A stretch of DNA of 53,765 nt, counting the filler, from Sphacelaria rigidula (taxonomy: Eukaryota): the NCBI GenBank assembly GCA_964200075.2. It is 3 parts of 3 records of this genome, joined end to end, with 100 filler letters (N's around TTAATTAATTAA, not from the genome) between each part and the next. Parts side by side here need not be neighbours in the genome. Positions count along the whole stretch, not along the records: positions 17,960 to 35,815 come from CAXNAA020000980.1; positions 35,916 to 53,765 come from CAXNAA020000981.1; 1 more part is not named here. One strand, 5' to 3'. Every line of letters starts with the position of its first letter. Position 1 is the stretch's first letter. Below, piece by piece: positions 35,201 to 47,689 of the stretch. The position numbers were made by a program, and so were the translations under genes. Below the pieces are notes generated by a model. It searched no databases, was not told where the DNA came from, and saw only the letters and a list, made by a program, of their open reading frames with translations.

Positions 35201-35734
35201 TCCTTTCAAGTCTTGCTCAATCACACACTCTACACGAGCGGGCAAAAACGGCGTGAGAATACCAACACAAGGAAAGTCGAGAAAATCAAGCCGCCACTAA
35301 ATACAACGAGCACAAGGATTTCTCAGACACGCCATGGTACTCACAATCACACAACTACAACCGCCGAACCACACATGATACTCTGCCGCAAACATTCAAA
35401 TATTATGTGTGTTACACCAGAACAATCGACGGAAAGAAGGGGAAAGTATTTTTTAACAAGGTCGAGCTAATCAAGCCGCCACTGAATTCAACCAGGGCAA
35501 GTTGACCTCGGTCGCACTAGAAGAATAGTACTCACAAAATCACACGACTAGTCACGACAGCCAAGCCACAAATGATACGTTACCTCCGTCGTACGAAAAT
35601 ATAATTGGTCACAACACATCGGTTGAGGAAAACGAGCGGAAAAAAAAAATAGAAGAACGCATCAAGTTAAGCGACCAGAAAGAATTCTGCACGATATACT
35701 ATAACCATGCCCCCCACCGTCGTCGGTCCCCACA

Positions 35735-35815
35735 CTATCGCTTGTCGATCCAAGATGGCTCCATGTCCAGGGTGTTGCAGTGCACCTCGCAAACCTTGCG
35801 CATCGTCTCGATCAG
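35735..35815 (-). CDS. Possible terminal exon fragment of an unidentified gene cut by the assembly spacer (LIETMRKVCEVHCNTLDMEPSWIDKR*)
   Basis: GC3-rich open frame running from the gap to a TAG; no family recognised. Confidence 0.35.
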   Translation of the reverse strand: MIETMRKVCEVHCNTLDMEPSWIDKR

Positions 35816-35915
35816 NNNNNNNNNNNNNNNNNNNNNNNNNNNNNNNNNNNNNNNNNNNNTTAATTAATTAANNNNNNNNNNNNNNNNNNNNNNNNNNNNN
35901 NNNNNNNNNNNNNNN
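35816..35915. other. Artificial assembly spacer
   Basis: Identical N44-TTAATTAATTAA-N44. Confidence 0.97.
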
Positions 35916-38900
35916 AAGGCAAGCAACAAGTGAGTACGCCCCCCCCCCCCGTCCTCGAAGAAGGTGATCGCCCCCCTTCCCCTCCCACGGCTCCAAAATG
36001 AGGTGTGGGCGATCTGGGGGGGGGGGCGGTGCCGTCGTTTCCCGATATGGGGCTCCTCCGTCCAGCGTGTAGCTGCTTGATGCTTGACGCTGTCTCCTGT
36101 CTACCCGATGAACAGTAGCTTGCAACTTATAGTCTATGGCATACAGTACCGGGAAGCAAGTCCCGTACGTGCACTCGAAAACAGGTATGGTAGTGGCTGG
36201 GACTAGTGCGGGACGACCTAGCGGGAATTTGGCGTGAAACGGCTCGCGTCTCAGCGCCCGCTTGCTGCGGGCCCTTACGAATATAGGTCGATGGCGATAA
36301 AATGAACACGGTTCATGCTTCAATACAACTTCACGCTTTCGTGCAACGGCACATCACCATACCCCGGGTGCGTGCGGCAGACCTTTATTTTAGAGCCACT
36401 TCTTTGAAGGGCGCGGCCGAGACCACTCGAGTTTCACCGCCGCAACCCAGGACCGCAACGTCACAAACACCGGGATGAATTGAAATTGGATGCTCCCTGG
36501 GCACAGGGCAATCTATGTGATATTACTATTAGAGTAACAAGTGCGAGTAGACTGGGCCGACTATTTGCCAACGTTCTGAACCCCAGGGTGGGTCATCTGA
36601 TAAATCGGCATCTTCACATCATGGAGGAGACGGAAGATTTGGATGACCCATGCTTGAAAGTATATGTACAGTTAGGTATACAATTCGTGCCGGTTTTCTC
36701 GGTAACGAGCTATCTTCTCAGGCAATGCGATGCAGGAGGCTTTTAGCCTCTGCCAGACGATCTGGACTTGATGACTATCATTGAGGGACTCCTCCAGTAG
36801 CACTGGCCTCGTGCTCGACAAGTCCTTTTTTCTCACTTGTTACTATCACGAGGTGATCCTCAACAGACCACATCAAGAGCCACACAGCAAGAGGTCACAC
36901 AGATAAGGGTCATCAATTCAGGATCCCCTGTCCCCTGCCACTGCTCCAATCATGCATGCGGTTATACTGAAACCTACGGCTTGGTATCATTTGACTACAG
37001 GCTATAGCCCTGACAGGGAAACAAACCGCGCACAAACTGTAGGAACTGCCGACGAGCATTGCTGTTGGGACATTTGCCGATCCCATTAGTGGTCTTATTT
37101 TTGCCGTTCGTATTTTAGATAAAGAACATGTCATGCGGCAGGACGCCGAACACTTTCGAAAAGGATGAACCTTCCCATGAATCATCGAGTGACAAGGCAG
37201 CCTTCCGTCTCTTCGAGTAAGGCAACCGCTTAGCACATGGTGGAGAGTTCCGTGAGTGCAGGTTCTCAAGCGTTGTTCACTCAGCCTCAACCGTATCCCA
37301 AAACGGTGCACACCCTGAACAGAGCAACATGTAACGTATATTGCCCGCTCAATATGTCAATGCGTTGGGTGCTCAATATATAGTATATTGGCCGAGCAAT
37401 ATGATGGCACGAGAGACAGGTCATTATAGATGGTGTCATCAATATGTCAAGGCTCGCAACATGCCATATGCATCGACCGAAGAATATATCACGACACGCG
37501 CCACCTCGATATATTTTGGCCGAATAATATGTCGGCCCGGTAAGGCGCTAATATATGTTTGTCTAGTAATATGCTGGCTGCCACATGAGGTCCGTATATG
37601 TATATATACATTGACGATTCAATATACTCAACACCCGAAGCGCCAATACATATTGCCGCCCCAGTATGTCATGCGTCAATGCGTCCAAAATACATTGGGG
37701 ACAATACACGAGGGAACCGACGGTCACAAAACATATTGGTGTAGCAATATATATATATATATAATGATTATTCAAGACGTAGATTGGAAAGTGTGCTGGA
37801 ATTAGTAGGGTGGACAGTTTTATGTTCGCGGGCGCCATTGAAAGATGTATCACCAGATGCCTATATTCATTACATACTGTGCATGCCGGCCGTGGATGTA
37901 TTGAAGTGTCAATATATATATACATATATTTGCAATATGTCACGTATCGCAAATTCATGTCCAATTATATTGTCATGCATTAATTCACGGCCATGACACG
38001 AGAAATATGTATTGTTGCTTTAATGTCTCCGAGGACATCTCAACACAATATATACCAGGACAAGTTCGCGCTGTCTCCAAAACAAAACATTGGCATCACA
38101 TTGGAACATATTGTATGGTCCAGGGTATGAGCAACACATCACCGTTGACCAGAGGGGTACCAAAAGGCACACGTCGAAACGCGTTTCCTGCCGCCGTACC
38201 GTCCAGTCAAGATATATTACATACTGAGAAGAGGATGGACGCCACCGCATCGGTGGCCAGATAGGTATCAGAAGGCATATATACCGGGTTGCCTTCTCTG
38301 TCGCCATTTTCCGGTCAATATATATACATATATCAAACGCGTTCGAGAACTCTCCGTAGCCATGCACGCGAATTTCTGCGGCTCCCTTTGAAGCATTTCC
38401 CAATCTGCACGGGCTCCGGCATCCATCGCGTCTGGGGCTTTCTCAAAGCGTTCACCATACCTATAGTATTCGAGTCATTCTGCGATAGGGGAGGACGGTA
38501 TTTCGGGCCACTTTTTGCACGAAATTCCAAGCCAAATCGTCGTTGAAAGTAGCAATGGGTAATCGAATGAGCTGGTCATAGATATATAACGCTCATTTAT
38601 ACTACTTGACACCGGTTTTAAGCAGATACAAGCGCATCACGAGTGTTGCAGGTTGTCTGACACACGTATGAGCCTTTTTTTCCGTCCTACCAAACACCCC
38701 CCCCCCCCCGCAAGCAACAAATGAGTACAGCCCCCCCCTTCCCCCGCGCTAGCGTAGGATGACTCATCGAACATATATATTGACCGGCCAATACATGGGC
38801 ACCCACGCGGCCCCAATATGCATTGACCGCTCAAAATCTCCTCACCAATGCGACCCTAATATTTATTGGTCATGCAATATCTCGTCGCCCACACTGCCCC

Positions 38901-39627
38901 AATATATATTAATGGGACAATATGTGTGCAATCCCACGGTACCAATATGTATGTATACATATTTGACGGGAATTATGCATGCAGTCCCACGACACCAAGG
39001 TATATATATATATATATATGCGCAGTACGTGTGCAGTCCAAGCGTACCAACATATACATTAATTACACCGGCAATAAATCGCAATATTCCATTATGATCA
39101 CCAGGGGAACTGTCATATCACGGCCACGTCGTCGTGGGTCGTGCATGCGCCGCAACAGCAGGTAGTGTCACAACGAATCGACTTGTCTCCGACGTATATC
39201 ACATCGCATTTTGAACTGATGCAAAACGTCATGCTTTGCACTTGTGTACAACTCTAAAAATTTCAGGTTTTGCCAACCTTGCGGTCTTCACGCCAGACAA
39301 CGACCGGCCTCAACATCCTTGTTGCGGCGATTGAATTCGTACAGCCTAGCAGGGCGAGATATCGTTTTTGTAGACAGGGAAGGTGTTGGGAATTGATGAT
39401 GTTTAACATTACGAGGATATCACGTCCCCAGGCTATTTTTCGACGAGATGAAAATATATGCTAGCCCTAACCATATCCCTAACCAAAACTGCTTCACATC
39501 AGAATCGCATCCCCGAAATTGCTAGAGAGCAGTCCTTTTGAAGGCGTCCCCTGCAGGTTTTGGGCGACTGATCGGACAGCTGATGCCCAACTCTCGTTTG
39601 GTTCAACTCCCCTCGATACCCTGGCAG

Positions 39628-39769
39628 TTTTGGTGACATATACCTGGGATTGATGCAAAACGGCGAGCGCGTGGCTGTCAAATTTGAGAAGCACAGCACA
39701 AGATGTCCGCAGCTTCGTCATGAATACAAGGTCTATCGCGAGCTGCAAACGTCTGTTGGCTTCGGGCGG
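39628..39769 (+). CDS. CK1: CK1 exon ([21 protein letters not shown]...GFGR)
   Basis: Kinase subdomains I-III; CGG|gtgagg donor. Confidence 0.9.
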
Positions 39770-42700
39770 GTGAGGGGCGATGTATTTCTCGTAGTCATAT
39801 GCTCAAGTAACTCAGCAGTTGATTCGTATTTTTGGGCGTATTGTTGGACTCTTTTCGTACCTGTACAGAAACAAAAGATGTCACCGACCTGTGCCGAAGA
39901 ATGTATATCATATGAATCCGGTCTGGTTTGTATTTTGCAATTGATCCATTTGCCAGCTTTACGTGGCTGTTCCTGTAGACACTATGCAGATGGGATTTCA
40001 TTTGCTAGTGACCCGCACGCATGACAGATCTGTCTTTCTCCGGTGAGAATATTTGACGCTGATGCCGCACCACGCAAGTAAATAGTTCAGCTAAGTGGTG
40101 AAGATGCTCGTGCCAAAGTAGAGGGATGAAGTAAAGGTTTCACTTTACCAAAATCGTAAACGGAGTCTCCCACGCGAACCCTAGTCTCCTGCGCAAAAAT
40201 GTGCACGTCGCGGACCATGAGTCCATCGCTGTTTCCCAGGATACACACTGAGAATATTAAATAACGCATCGCACTGCTCTGCCTTGAGGCAACATTTTTT
40301 GTCACATGGCCGCCGTCCGCTGACACCGCGAAACGAGTGTACCGCTTCTCAACCCCGTTCAGTGCTTTTCGCTGGCCAAGTAGTGCTGTGGAGTTCGATA
40401 GCAACTTCTGATTTAGGCATATGACTTCGCGTGTCGGTGTCCTGGCAAACCTACAAGAGGGAGGCTGACGCTTGTTGGCGTGCTAGTTTCCGAGGCTGCC
40501 GCTCTGTACTAAGCTTCCTTCCTTCGGTGTCACCTCCGCCGGCATTGTCGCACAGCATGACTCTTTACGACACCCGTATCTCTTGAAAAACAGGTTTACT
40601 ACTATGGGACACACCACAGCTACAATGCAATGGTGATGGACCTTCTCGGACCGTCTTTGGAAGATCTTTTCACCAAATGCGGGAGGCGGTTCACAATGAG
40701 GACGGTATTACAGGTTGCTGACCAACTCTTGGAGAGAATGGATACAATGCACTCTAGGTGGGTAGTTCAGGCTTGTTCATGTTTTAAAACGGGGCCATGT
40801 TTTCCATTTTTGCACGTACTCCATTCGCTTTTTATTGTTTGGGGGGAGTAAACTTGCACCACTCTCATCCTGAGGTGATATTCCGTTCCATCCCCGAATT
40901 GAAAATGTCGTCGCCGACGACAGCCAAGACCGCTGCTTGTTATATGCATTATGGCGAACGCACAGCCCCGACACTGCTCACACCACGACAGCACCGCACT
41001 GTAGAGATGATTCCACTCTTCTCATAGGTTATCATGATGAAGTGATACTGCGATAGCCCCCCCCAAACCAGCCCCAAAACTGCCACGAACAACACGGCCA
41101 TGCGGCGCATGATGGACGTTTTCAAACTGCATGAAGTGCCTTATATGGGCGACATTGGCGAAACGATCTCAAGCGTGGGAGTTACCAGTTGCTCGGTGTT
41201 TTCCGCTTTTGTCAATTTTATTCGCATGTACATTTTGCCATCTCAAATCAGTCACTTTCCCGGGAGGGGCTATCGCGGCATCAGTCAATTGATATCGCGG
41301 GCTTGCGTTGCTTAAAAATAATTGATTGATGGATTGATTGATTGAACCAGTACGTACTGCCAGTGCATATGCACTGGCAGACAGCCCCACCAGTACACCA
41401 GTACACACACATCTACGTAGATCCCTCAATACGCCTAAAAAAACAGCGGAAACCCATCTATTCAGGCCGCCCCAAAGGAAACACAGCACACAGCACACAG
41501 CACACAGCACACCCTACACGAACCACACAGCTCGGGAGGCCATACAATGATGGACAGGTTTGTCTCCTTTGGCAGCTCGCCGTCTGCTGCAGAGCCCGGC
41601 AGTGGTGGGGCTGCTGCGCCAGCAGCAGCAGCAGCAGCAGCCCACAGCTCCGGCACCGCCCGGCGCAGGCGACGAGGTGGGAGTGCTCAACACGCCTGGC
41701 GCGGGTCTGAAGACTGAGCGCCTCGCGAAGTTGAAGAGGGTGAAGACCGAGCCGCGGAAGACAAAACCTGCTGGGGCCTCCGCGTACATCTGGGCATACT
41801 TTCAGTGCTACGTCAAAGCGCACCTCATAATGTGCCTTGTGCTTTCAACTACTGGTTTTGTAGGGCTTTCTACTCGGTTGCTTGCATTTCTTCAATACTA
41901 CCGGACGTTAGGGGTTTGGTGGAACGTACAGTTTCATGCTCTTTCATATGCACAGACTACGTCTCCCACGATCCTGGAGATCCTGGAGTTTGTGGGTGTT
42001 GCAAATTTCAAAATGTGTGCCACATTCCCTCACGGGGAAAAGTAGGAAACCAAAAAATTTGGGCGTTGTTCTCAAAATTTCTATCGTTTTGCCCGTGATA
42101 GTGGCTCTGTCACATGGGCCAAGATCACTCATTTTTTATGCTCTAGTGAAGCCAAATTGCGTCAAAAAGCGCCTCCAGCGGGGCCCTCCGGGGGCGCCTC
42201 CGGCGGCCCCCCCCCACCAGCCGGGGGGGGCCGATGGTGGCGCGGCTCCGCCGCGCCACCAGTGTTCTGATCGGATCCTGTATACTGGCTGCGTCAGCAA
42301 CTGGTATACAGGATCCTGACTGGCTTCGCCAGTACCCCAGCCCTATGAACTGGTATCCGAGGGATCAGCCGCGGTCACAAGATAGGCGTACCCAAGCCAC
42401 ACAAAACGAGAGCAGTAACTGAAGGGATAGATGAAGCGAAGGGGAAAAATGTGATTCAAGGACCACGAATCGACAACGATCGTTAAGGAAAGAGGTAACG
42501 CAGGAGGTTCTGAAGGCGAAGATGTACTCGATCGCCTGTTGATGTTGTCGAAATACCATGTCTCATATTTCGCATAGTTGGTGATCGTGACCTCGAACAA
42601 TGTAGGCACGACCTGTCCCTTGCGATAAATCTATCCATATATGATGCGAGTATATTCGACTGATAGTGTCTCCGTTCATCACTGGGAGGTGATACCCTAG

Positions 42701-45700
42701 AATGCTGTTCGCCGCAAGTGTTATTCATCAACGATACGTCAACATTGACTTTTGCTGATTTGACGTTGAGCCCAAAATCGATCATGATCGACTTGCTGCA
42801 GTATCTGGGCGGGACCAATACCAGTTGAATGGACGAGCTCACCTCTCTATCAGATATAATAGTTCATCTTTGGAGATATTGCTGTATAGTTGAGCAGCTG
42901 CGTTCCCAATTTCGGGAAAATTATGTACCTCTAAATTTCCAATACATCGGTCCATCTGTGGTGAATGATCTGCTGCAGTGTTTATCCATGCCATTGGCGA
43001 CAGTGTCACAAGCCCCCCTTCTCCTCGGCTTTTTTAAATAATCCGCCTGCACTACCGGTTTATTCAAGACATCTTATCCATCGAGACGTGAAACCGGCAA
43101 ACTTCGTGCTTGGACCCGGTCGAGGGTGTCAAACAGTATTTTGCATCGACTTCGGACTGAGCACGCGCTACAGGCATCCCCGCACATTACAGCACATTCC
43201 TTACCGCAATGGACGGTCTCTTACGGGAACACCAAGGCGAGTAGGATTTCACTGTATAGTGTCACGTCGTACACATCTTTAGAGTCAGCGTAATTGCTGT
43301 TGATGAACAAAGGTTGGTTTTATAGACTATTCCCGAATGGTGTTGTGTGATTGACACATCGAGTGTCGTACATCAACATGTAGTATGAACTTCAGGAACA
43401 GATTCGGAAACAGATACGCGCACTGGAGGAAACTGGAAATGGGACAAAAAGAGATGAAGAAGGCAAAAAAATGCACTGACATACATGACGCTAGGCTTGG
43501 ACACATCAACGGCCCCGAGTAAGGCCCCAAATAAACCCCCGCGAGGGTTGTCACGAAGAGGCCATTCACGCCCATGAGTAGTTTTCGACTCATCTATTCC
43601 AAGGCCACACTAAAAGCCAAGATCTCTCAGCCACCAACGCTGCAGACGCAAAAGTTGTGTTGAAGGGAAGAACGGAAATCGGAAAGAAGAAAACGCAGGA
43701 ATGTGCGGCTTCAATTTCTCCTCGGATATGTCAGCCATGACTCGCGACAAGGGAAGTAGTGTTTCTCAGTTTTTGAGAATTCCGACATTGATGTTGATGA
43801 AGAACGGCTTGCTGTATGATCCACCGAAACGTATTGCACTGTATGATTCATGTGCCATCATGACATGCTTTCGTAACCTCGCAGGTACGCATCGATAAAC
43901 AATCACCTTGGAGTGGAGCAAAGTCGTCGAGACGATCTGGAAAGCATTGGGTAAGCATTTGCGAGTGCTGTTCACTGATGACTGATGGGCATGGACTTGG
44001 TAGTTCATCGCCACACGTTGCAGGTACTCAGCGGCAGTGAATTCATGGTGGAGAGCCGTGTGGCACAGAGAGATTGAACCTACGAAGAGGAATACTATCC
44101 TTGAATGCCGTAGGTGCTTTCTCTGTTCATGTATTGACGACGAGACAGGGCAGGCGCGATGGTTCCCAGACCTGCAGTGTGGTAGTCCATGCACCAGAAC
44201 AATGTTCGTTGAAATAGACCCACCTTGCTGTTGCTAGTTTTGGCCCAGCGGTGCTTGTGCACCCATCTGGGTCACATAGGTCAAACTCAACGCATGTCAC
44301 GCAACGTTGCCAGGTATGTGCTGGTATACTTCCTGAAGGGATCTCTGCCATGGCAAGGGCTCAAGGCACGAAATGCCAAGCGCAAGTACAACATGATTCT
44401 AGAGCGAAAACAGGCAATAAGCATACAGCAATTATGTCAGGTACGTGTCTGTCGCCCACTCGAGGCAGTTGCTCCTTAAAGACTACAAGCTCGTTTGCTG
44501 ATGTTTCGGAACCGTAGGCGATCGATGTTGCCTCCATCAGTGTTGACTTGAGAAATTCATTCGGTCTTTTTCCGTCCTGCCCTACACGATGAATTATCGT
44601 TGACCACTCGCAGGGCCTCCCACAGCAGTTTGCGGAGTACTTGGCATACTGTCGATCTCTCAAATTCGAGGCGAAGCCCAATGTGCCATATCTTCAGGTG
44701 AAGTTTCAGCAGGCGTGCGGTCGATCACGCTTGATGCTATCATTACCCACATTTGGTGGCATCAACAGTGAGAATAAACACACCTCGCGGCCCATTTGCA
44801 CGCTAGGGCTTGCTGAGGGATTTATACAAGGCCCAGGGCCACTCAGCATGTGGACTAACTGAGTGGGACTGGAGCAAGTTTGAGGCACAGTTAGAATCTG
44901 ATGCCAACGAAGCCTCACCAGGAGAAGGGGCGCTTATTTCAGGGGCACAAGGAGAACAAGGAGATCTGGGTATCCCCGCGGATAATATCCTCGGGTTACC
45001 GGTGTCTCCTGCTCCCATGGACGGCATGGTAGCCCGAACTCAGGTGAGACGCCCGCGACTCAAGCTGAATGATATTCGATGTTGTACTATGAAGGGTCCC
45101 GAACTGTGCAGCACACTGCCACATTCTTACTTGATTATTTCATGGGACAGGTGGCTATGCCAGAGAGCAAGAACCACCCAACCCAAGTCACTGCGATTAC
45201 GATGTCTGGTACGGACGAATGCGAAGAACACGCCGGACGTGGGCGCCAACAGGCAGAAGAGGGGCCGGCAGTGAACGGCAGGTAATGAAGCGTATATGAA
45301 TCGTAGAATCGATGACGCAACAATGTGCTAGTAGCCTCCGCAGTGTACTGTAGTGTCTTAACTTGCGCTGCGCTTATCTTCGGCAGATGCGTTGGAGAAG
45401 TTGATGACGAGAGCAAGTTGGCCACCGATGGCCATGAAAGAAGCAGTGATATACAAGAAGCTTCCGGGTGGTCGAAGTGGTAAGCTTTAAGTAGACGTGT
45501 ACCTCTAACGATTGCTGCAAGGACATTTTTAACAGCATGCATTCACTTTTTTGTGAGCGCATGGCCACTAGCCCGGGCGGCAAATACTTGTCTGCGATAA
45601 TGGTAGGAAATGGGCCCTACATGGCTTTCGTCGTTGTGGATACACCTACAGTAGTACCGATTTGGTTTCGGATTGCGAAATATCTTCACGGTTTTCGTGA

Positions 45701-45901
45701 TCGTGCGTTCGACGGACGTATATTCATCCGTTGTTGTTTCTATGGCACGGTCATAGATCATGTTATGCTTCCGTGTGTTGCGCGTCACGATACTACTTAC
45801 AGTAAACCGTGATCCTCCGTGGGTGGGCTCAATAATACTGACTCGCTCCCGTTCATTTTCGACCTAGGGCCGAAGTCCGCCACCATCACGAATGCATGTA
45901 A
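39628..45901 (+). CDS. CK1: Spliced gene span: casein kinase 1 family Ser/Thr kinase; 5' exon not located, last exons tentative
   Basis: Exons join to [86 protein letters not shown] and WDW. Confidence 0.95.
40594..40757 (+). CDS. CK1: CK1 exon ([26 protein letters not shown]...MHS)
   Basis: CK1 signature [10 protein letters not shown]. Confidence 0.93.
41043..41283. mobile_element. MITE in a CK1 intron
   Basis: TGATACTGCGATAGCCCC / GGGGCTATCGCGGCATCA inverted pair. Confidence 0.6.
41351..42345 (+). mobile_element. Internally deleted hAT element in a CK1 intron, with a transposase 5' remnant
   Basis: Right end CCAGTACCCCAGCCCTA; degenerate [27 protein letters not shown] resembles a BED-finger start; subterminal block shared with the 30504 element. 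Confidence 0.7.
43069..43236 (+). CDS. CK1: CK1 exon ([12 protein letters not shown]...DFG...SLTGTP); GC donor
   Basis: Catalytic loop and DFG; AG|gcgagt donor. Confidence 0.93.
43885..43950 (+). CDS. CK1: CK1 exon ([21 protein letters not shown])
   Basis: Absent from the ORF track; SIN and EQSRRDD signatures. Confidence 0.93.
44314..44440 (+). CDS. CK1: CK1 exon ([18 protein letters not shown]...LCQ)
   Basis: LPWQGL motif. Confidence 0.93.
44614..44697 (+). CDS. CK1: CK1 exon ([28 protein letters not shown])
   Basis: Subdomain XI; canonical sites. Confidence 0.92.
44807..45043 (+). CDS. CK1: CK1 exon (GLLRDLY...EWDW... start of the C-terminal tail)
   Basis: WDW motif; CAG|gtgaga donor. 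Confidence 0.85.
45151..45281 (+). CDS. Probable CK1 tail exon
   Basis: Phase-consistent, canonical splice sites, no conserved motif. Confidence 0.55.
45387..45479 (+). CDS. Probable CK1 tail exon (stops at 45483 or splices to 45868-45901)
   Basis: Phase-consistent; TG|gtaagc donor. Confidence 0.5.
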
Positions 45902-47009
45902 CATTCATCTTGAAAGCCAAGCCTTCGTGTTGAACTCCCCATGACTATCCAAGAGAAAGTTATGTGTCCCGTCGGGATGTGTGATGTGAACCTTCATCGT
46001 GGAGATCGAATCCCATCAGGAATCTTCACTTGAAACTTAATTAGGTCCGGCGTTCAAGGTCAATCCACAGCATTAGCTTCGAGTACGCATGCTGAGTCTG
46101 GAAAGACCGTTCAGTCTAAAGCGAGTTTAAAGTAAACAGGAGTACGTTGAGTTGAATTCCATATTTATGCCTAACGCTGAGACGACGAACCCCTTTCAGA
46201 TGGACTCAGATGGACTAGATCCCCTCAGATGGGCTCAGACGGACCATGCCACATTTGGGGTTCAAAACAACAAATGTTTTTCGCTACACAAAACGTTTCA
46301 TGAATATCTGGACGTTTGGCATCTCTATTCAAAATAATCCCGTAGAATCCCTGACCGGCTGTGACCCTGCAGTCAATTGATTGCGGGCAGAGTCAGTATG
46401 TGTGCTGTGTGTCTTCGCTGGATACAATGGCAAGAAAGAGTCAGCGTGCCATCGCTCTAACTGAACACAGTTTACTGCATGCTGCTAATGTCACTGCTTG
46501 GTGTTCCTCAACAACAACACAACAGGCAGACTAAAGTGCTGGCAACACAAAAGGGATCAGGCAGGCGGCAAGGACCACGAGCAGAGTAAAAAAACACGTT
46601 ATTGTTACCCGCGTCATTGTGAATGAGAAATATGACTAGACAGCAAAGTAGTCCATGTGTAGTCCACCTGTAGGAGAACAAAGTGGCCGTTTTGGTGGCA
46701 ATTATTGGTCAGAGTGGGCACTCTGCTCGTCCCGGGCCTCGTTCCTGGCTTAGAGTTTTCTGTGGAAAACTTCCAAACACTCACGGTTAGCTTGGTGAGC
46801 TTTTGGGCTGTAGTACGAAGAGGCTATCACCCTCTGTCAAAAACCATCTCCCGCCCCGTGGAAACCCCTGGACGTCCCTGGACTGTCAGCCTTTGATATT
46901 GTTTCGAGGCGATGCTCGCTGTCTAAGGGTTGATGATCAATGTGAAGTCAACTCCCACCGTTAGCGCCGGGACCGAAATCCAATTTTCGAATTGAAGCTG
47001 ATAGTATTC

Positions 47010-47179
47010 CACACCCTGGACAATATATGGTCAATAGATGCAATAGACGAGAAGTGTATGGAATAAAGTATAGTCCTATTGCAACTATAGCCGACCGACA
47101 ATGGTCGCGATAGGCCTACACTTTATGCACTACGTTTCTTGTCTATTGCAACTATTGACGATATATTATCCAAGGTGTG
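47010..47179. mobile_element. 170-bp foldback MITE with an 8-bp TSD
   Basis: Arms CACACCCTGGACAATATAT... / ...ATATATTATCCAAGGTGTG; TAGTATTC on both sides (47002-47009, 47180-47187). Confidence 0.85.
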
Positions 47180-47689
47180 TAGTATTCAGGTTGACACTAT
47201 GCTGCCTATACCGTCCTCTACTGCACACAGCAACCGAGGTTGTGATCGCCGGTGACAACTAGCGGCACCATCCTCAGCACTGTGGGTCTCTAGTTGGGCA
47301 GCTCGTATCCTTGGACGTATACGAGGTGGTCTTCCCTGGGACCAAAATTAGAATTGGCTTCTGAATTTGCGTCAGGCTTCCTGGAACTCAGCACCCGAAC
47401 CCAGTCGCCAGCTTGGGATTGTGACCGCTTATCCAACGGCCGCCCTCCGACGCAAGCGAGTGGCCTGCGGTTGTGTATGGTTCAGAGCTAATCTTCAGGC
47501 CGTGTTAGGCCTTGTCTTATCAAAGTTGTGTTCGATCGAACGAAACAGCGCGGCGGAATTTATTTGTTCAAAATCGTTTGTTCTGCGGGGTCTGGGTCCG
47601 AACGAATTTGCGCGCGATTGATCGAAAGAAGACTGTAATACTTGGAGCGGTATTTGTTCACTTGTAATCATTGGAGATAGTACGGCACT

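Noticed and set aside
39462..39486. Telomeric CCCTAA repeats
   Set aside because: Only two non-adjacent units.
41560..42045. Poly-Q host protein
   Set aside because: It is a CAG/GCA tract within a frameshifted transposon remnant in a CK1 intron.
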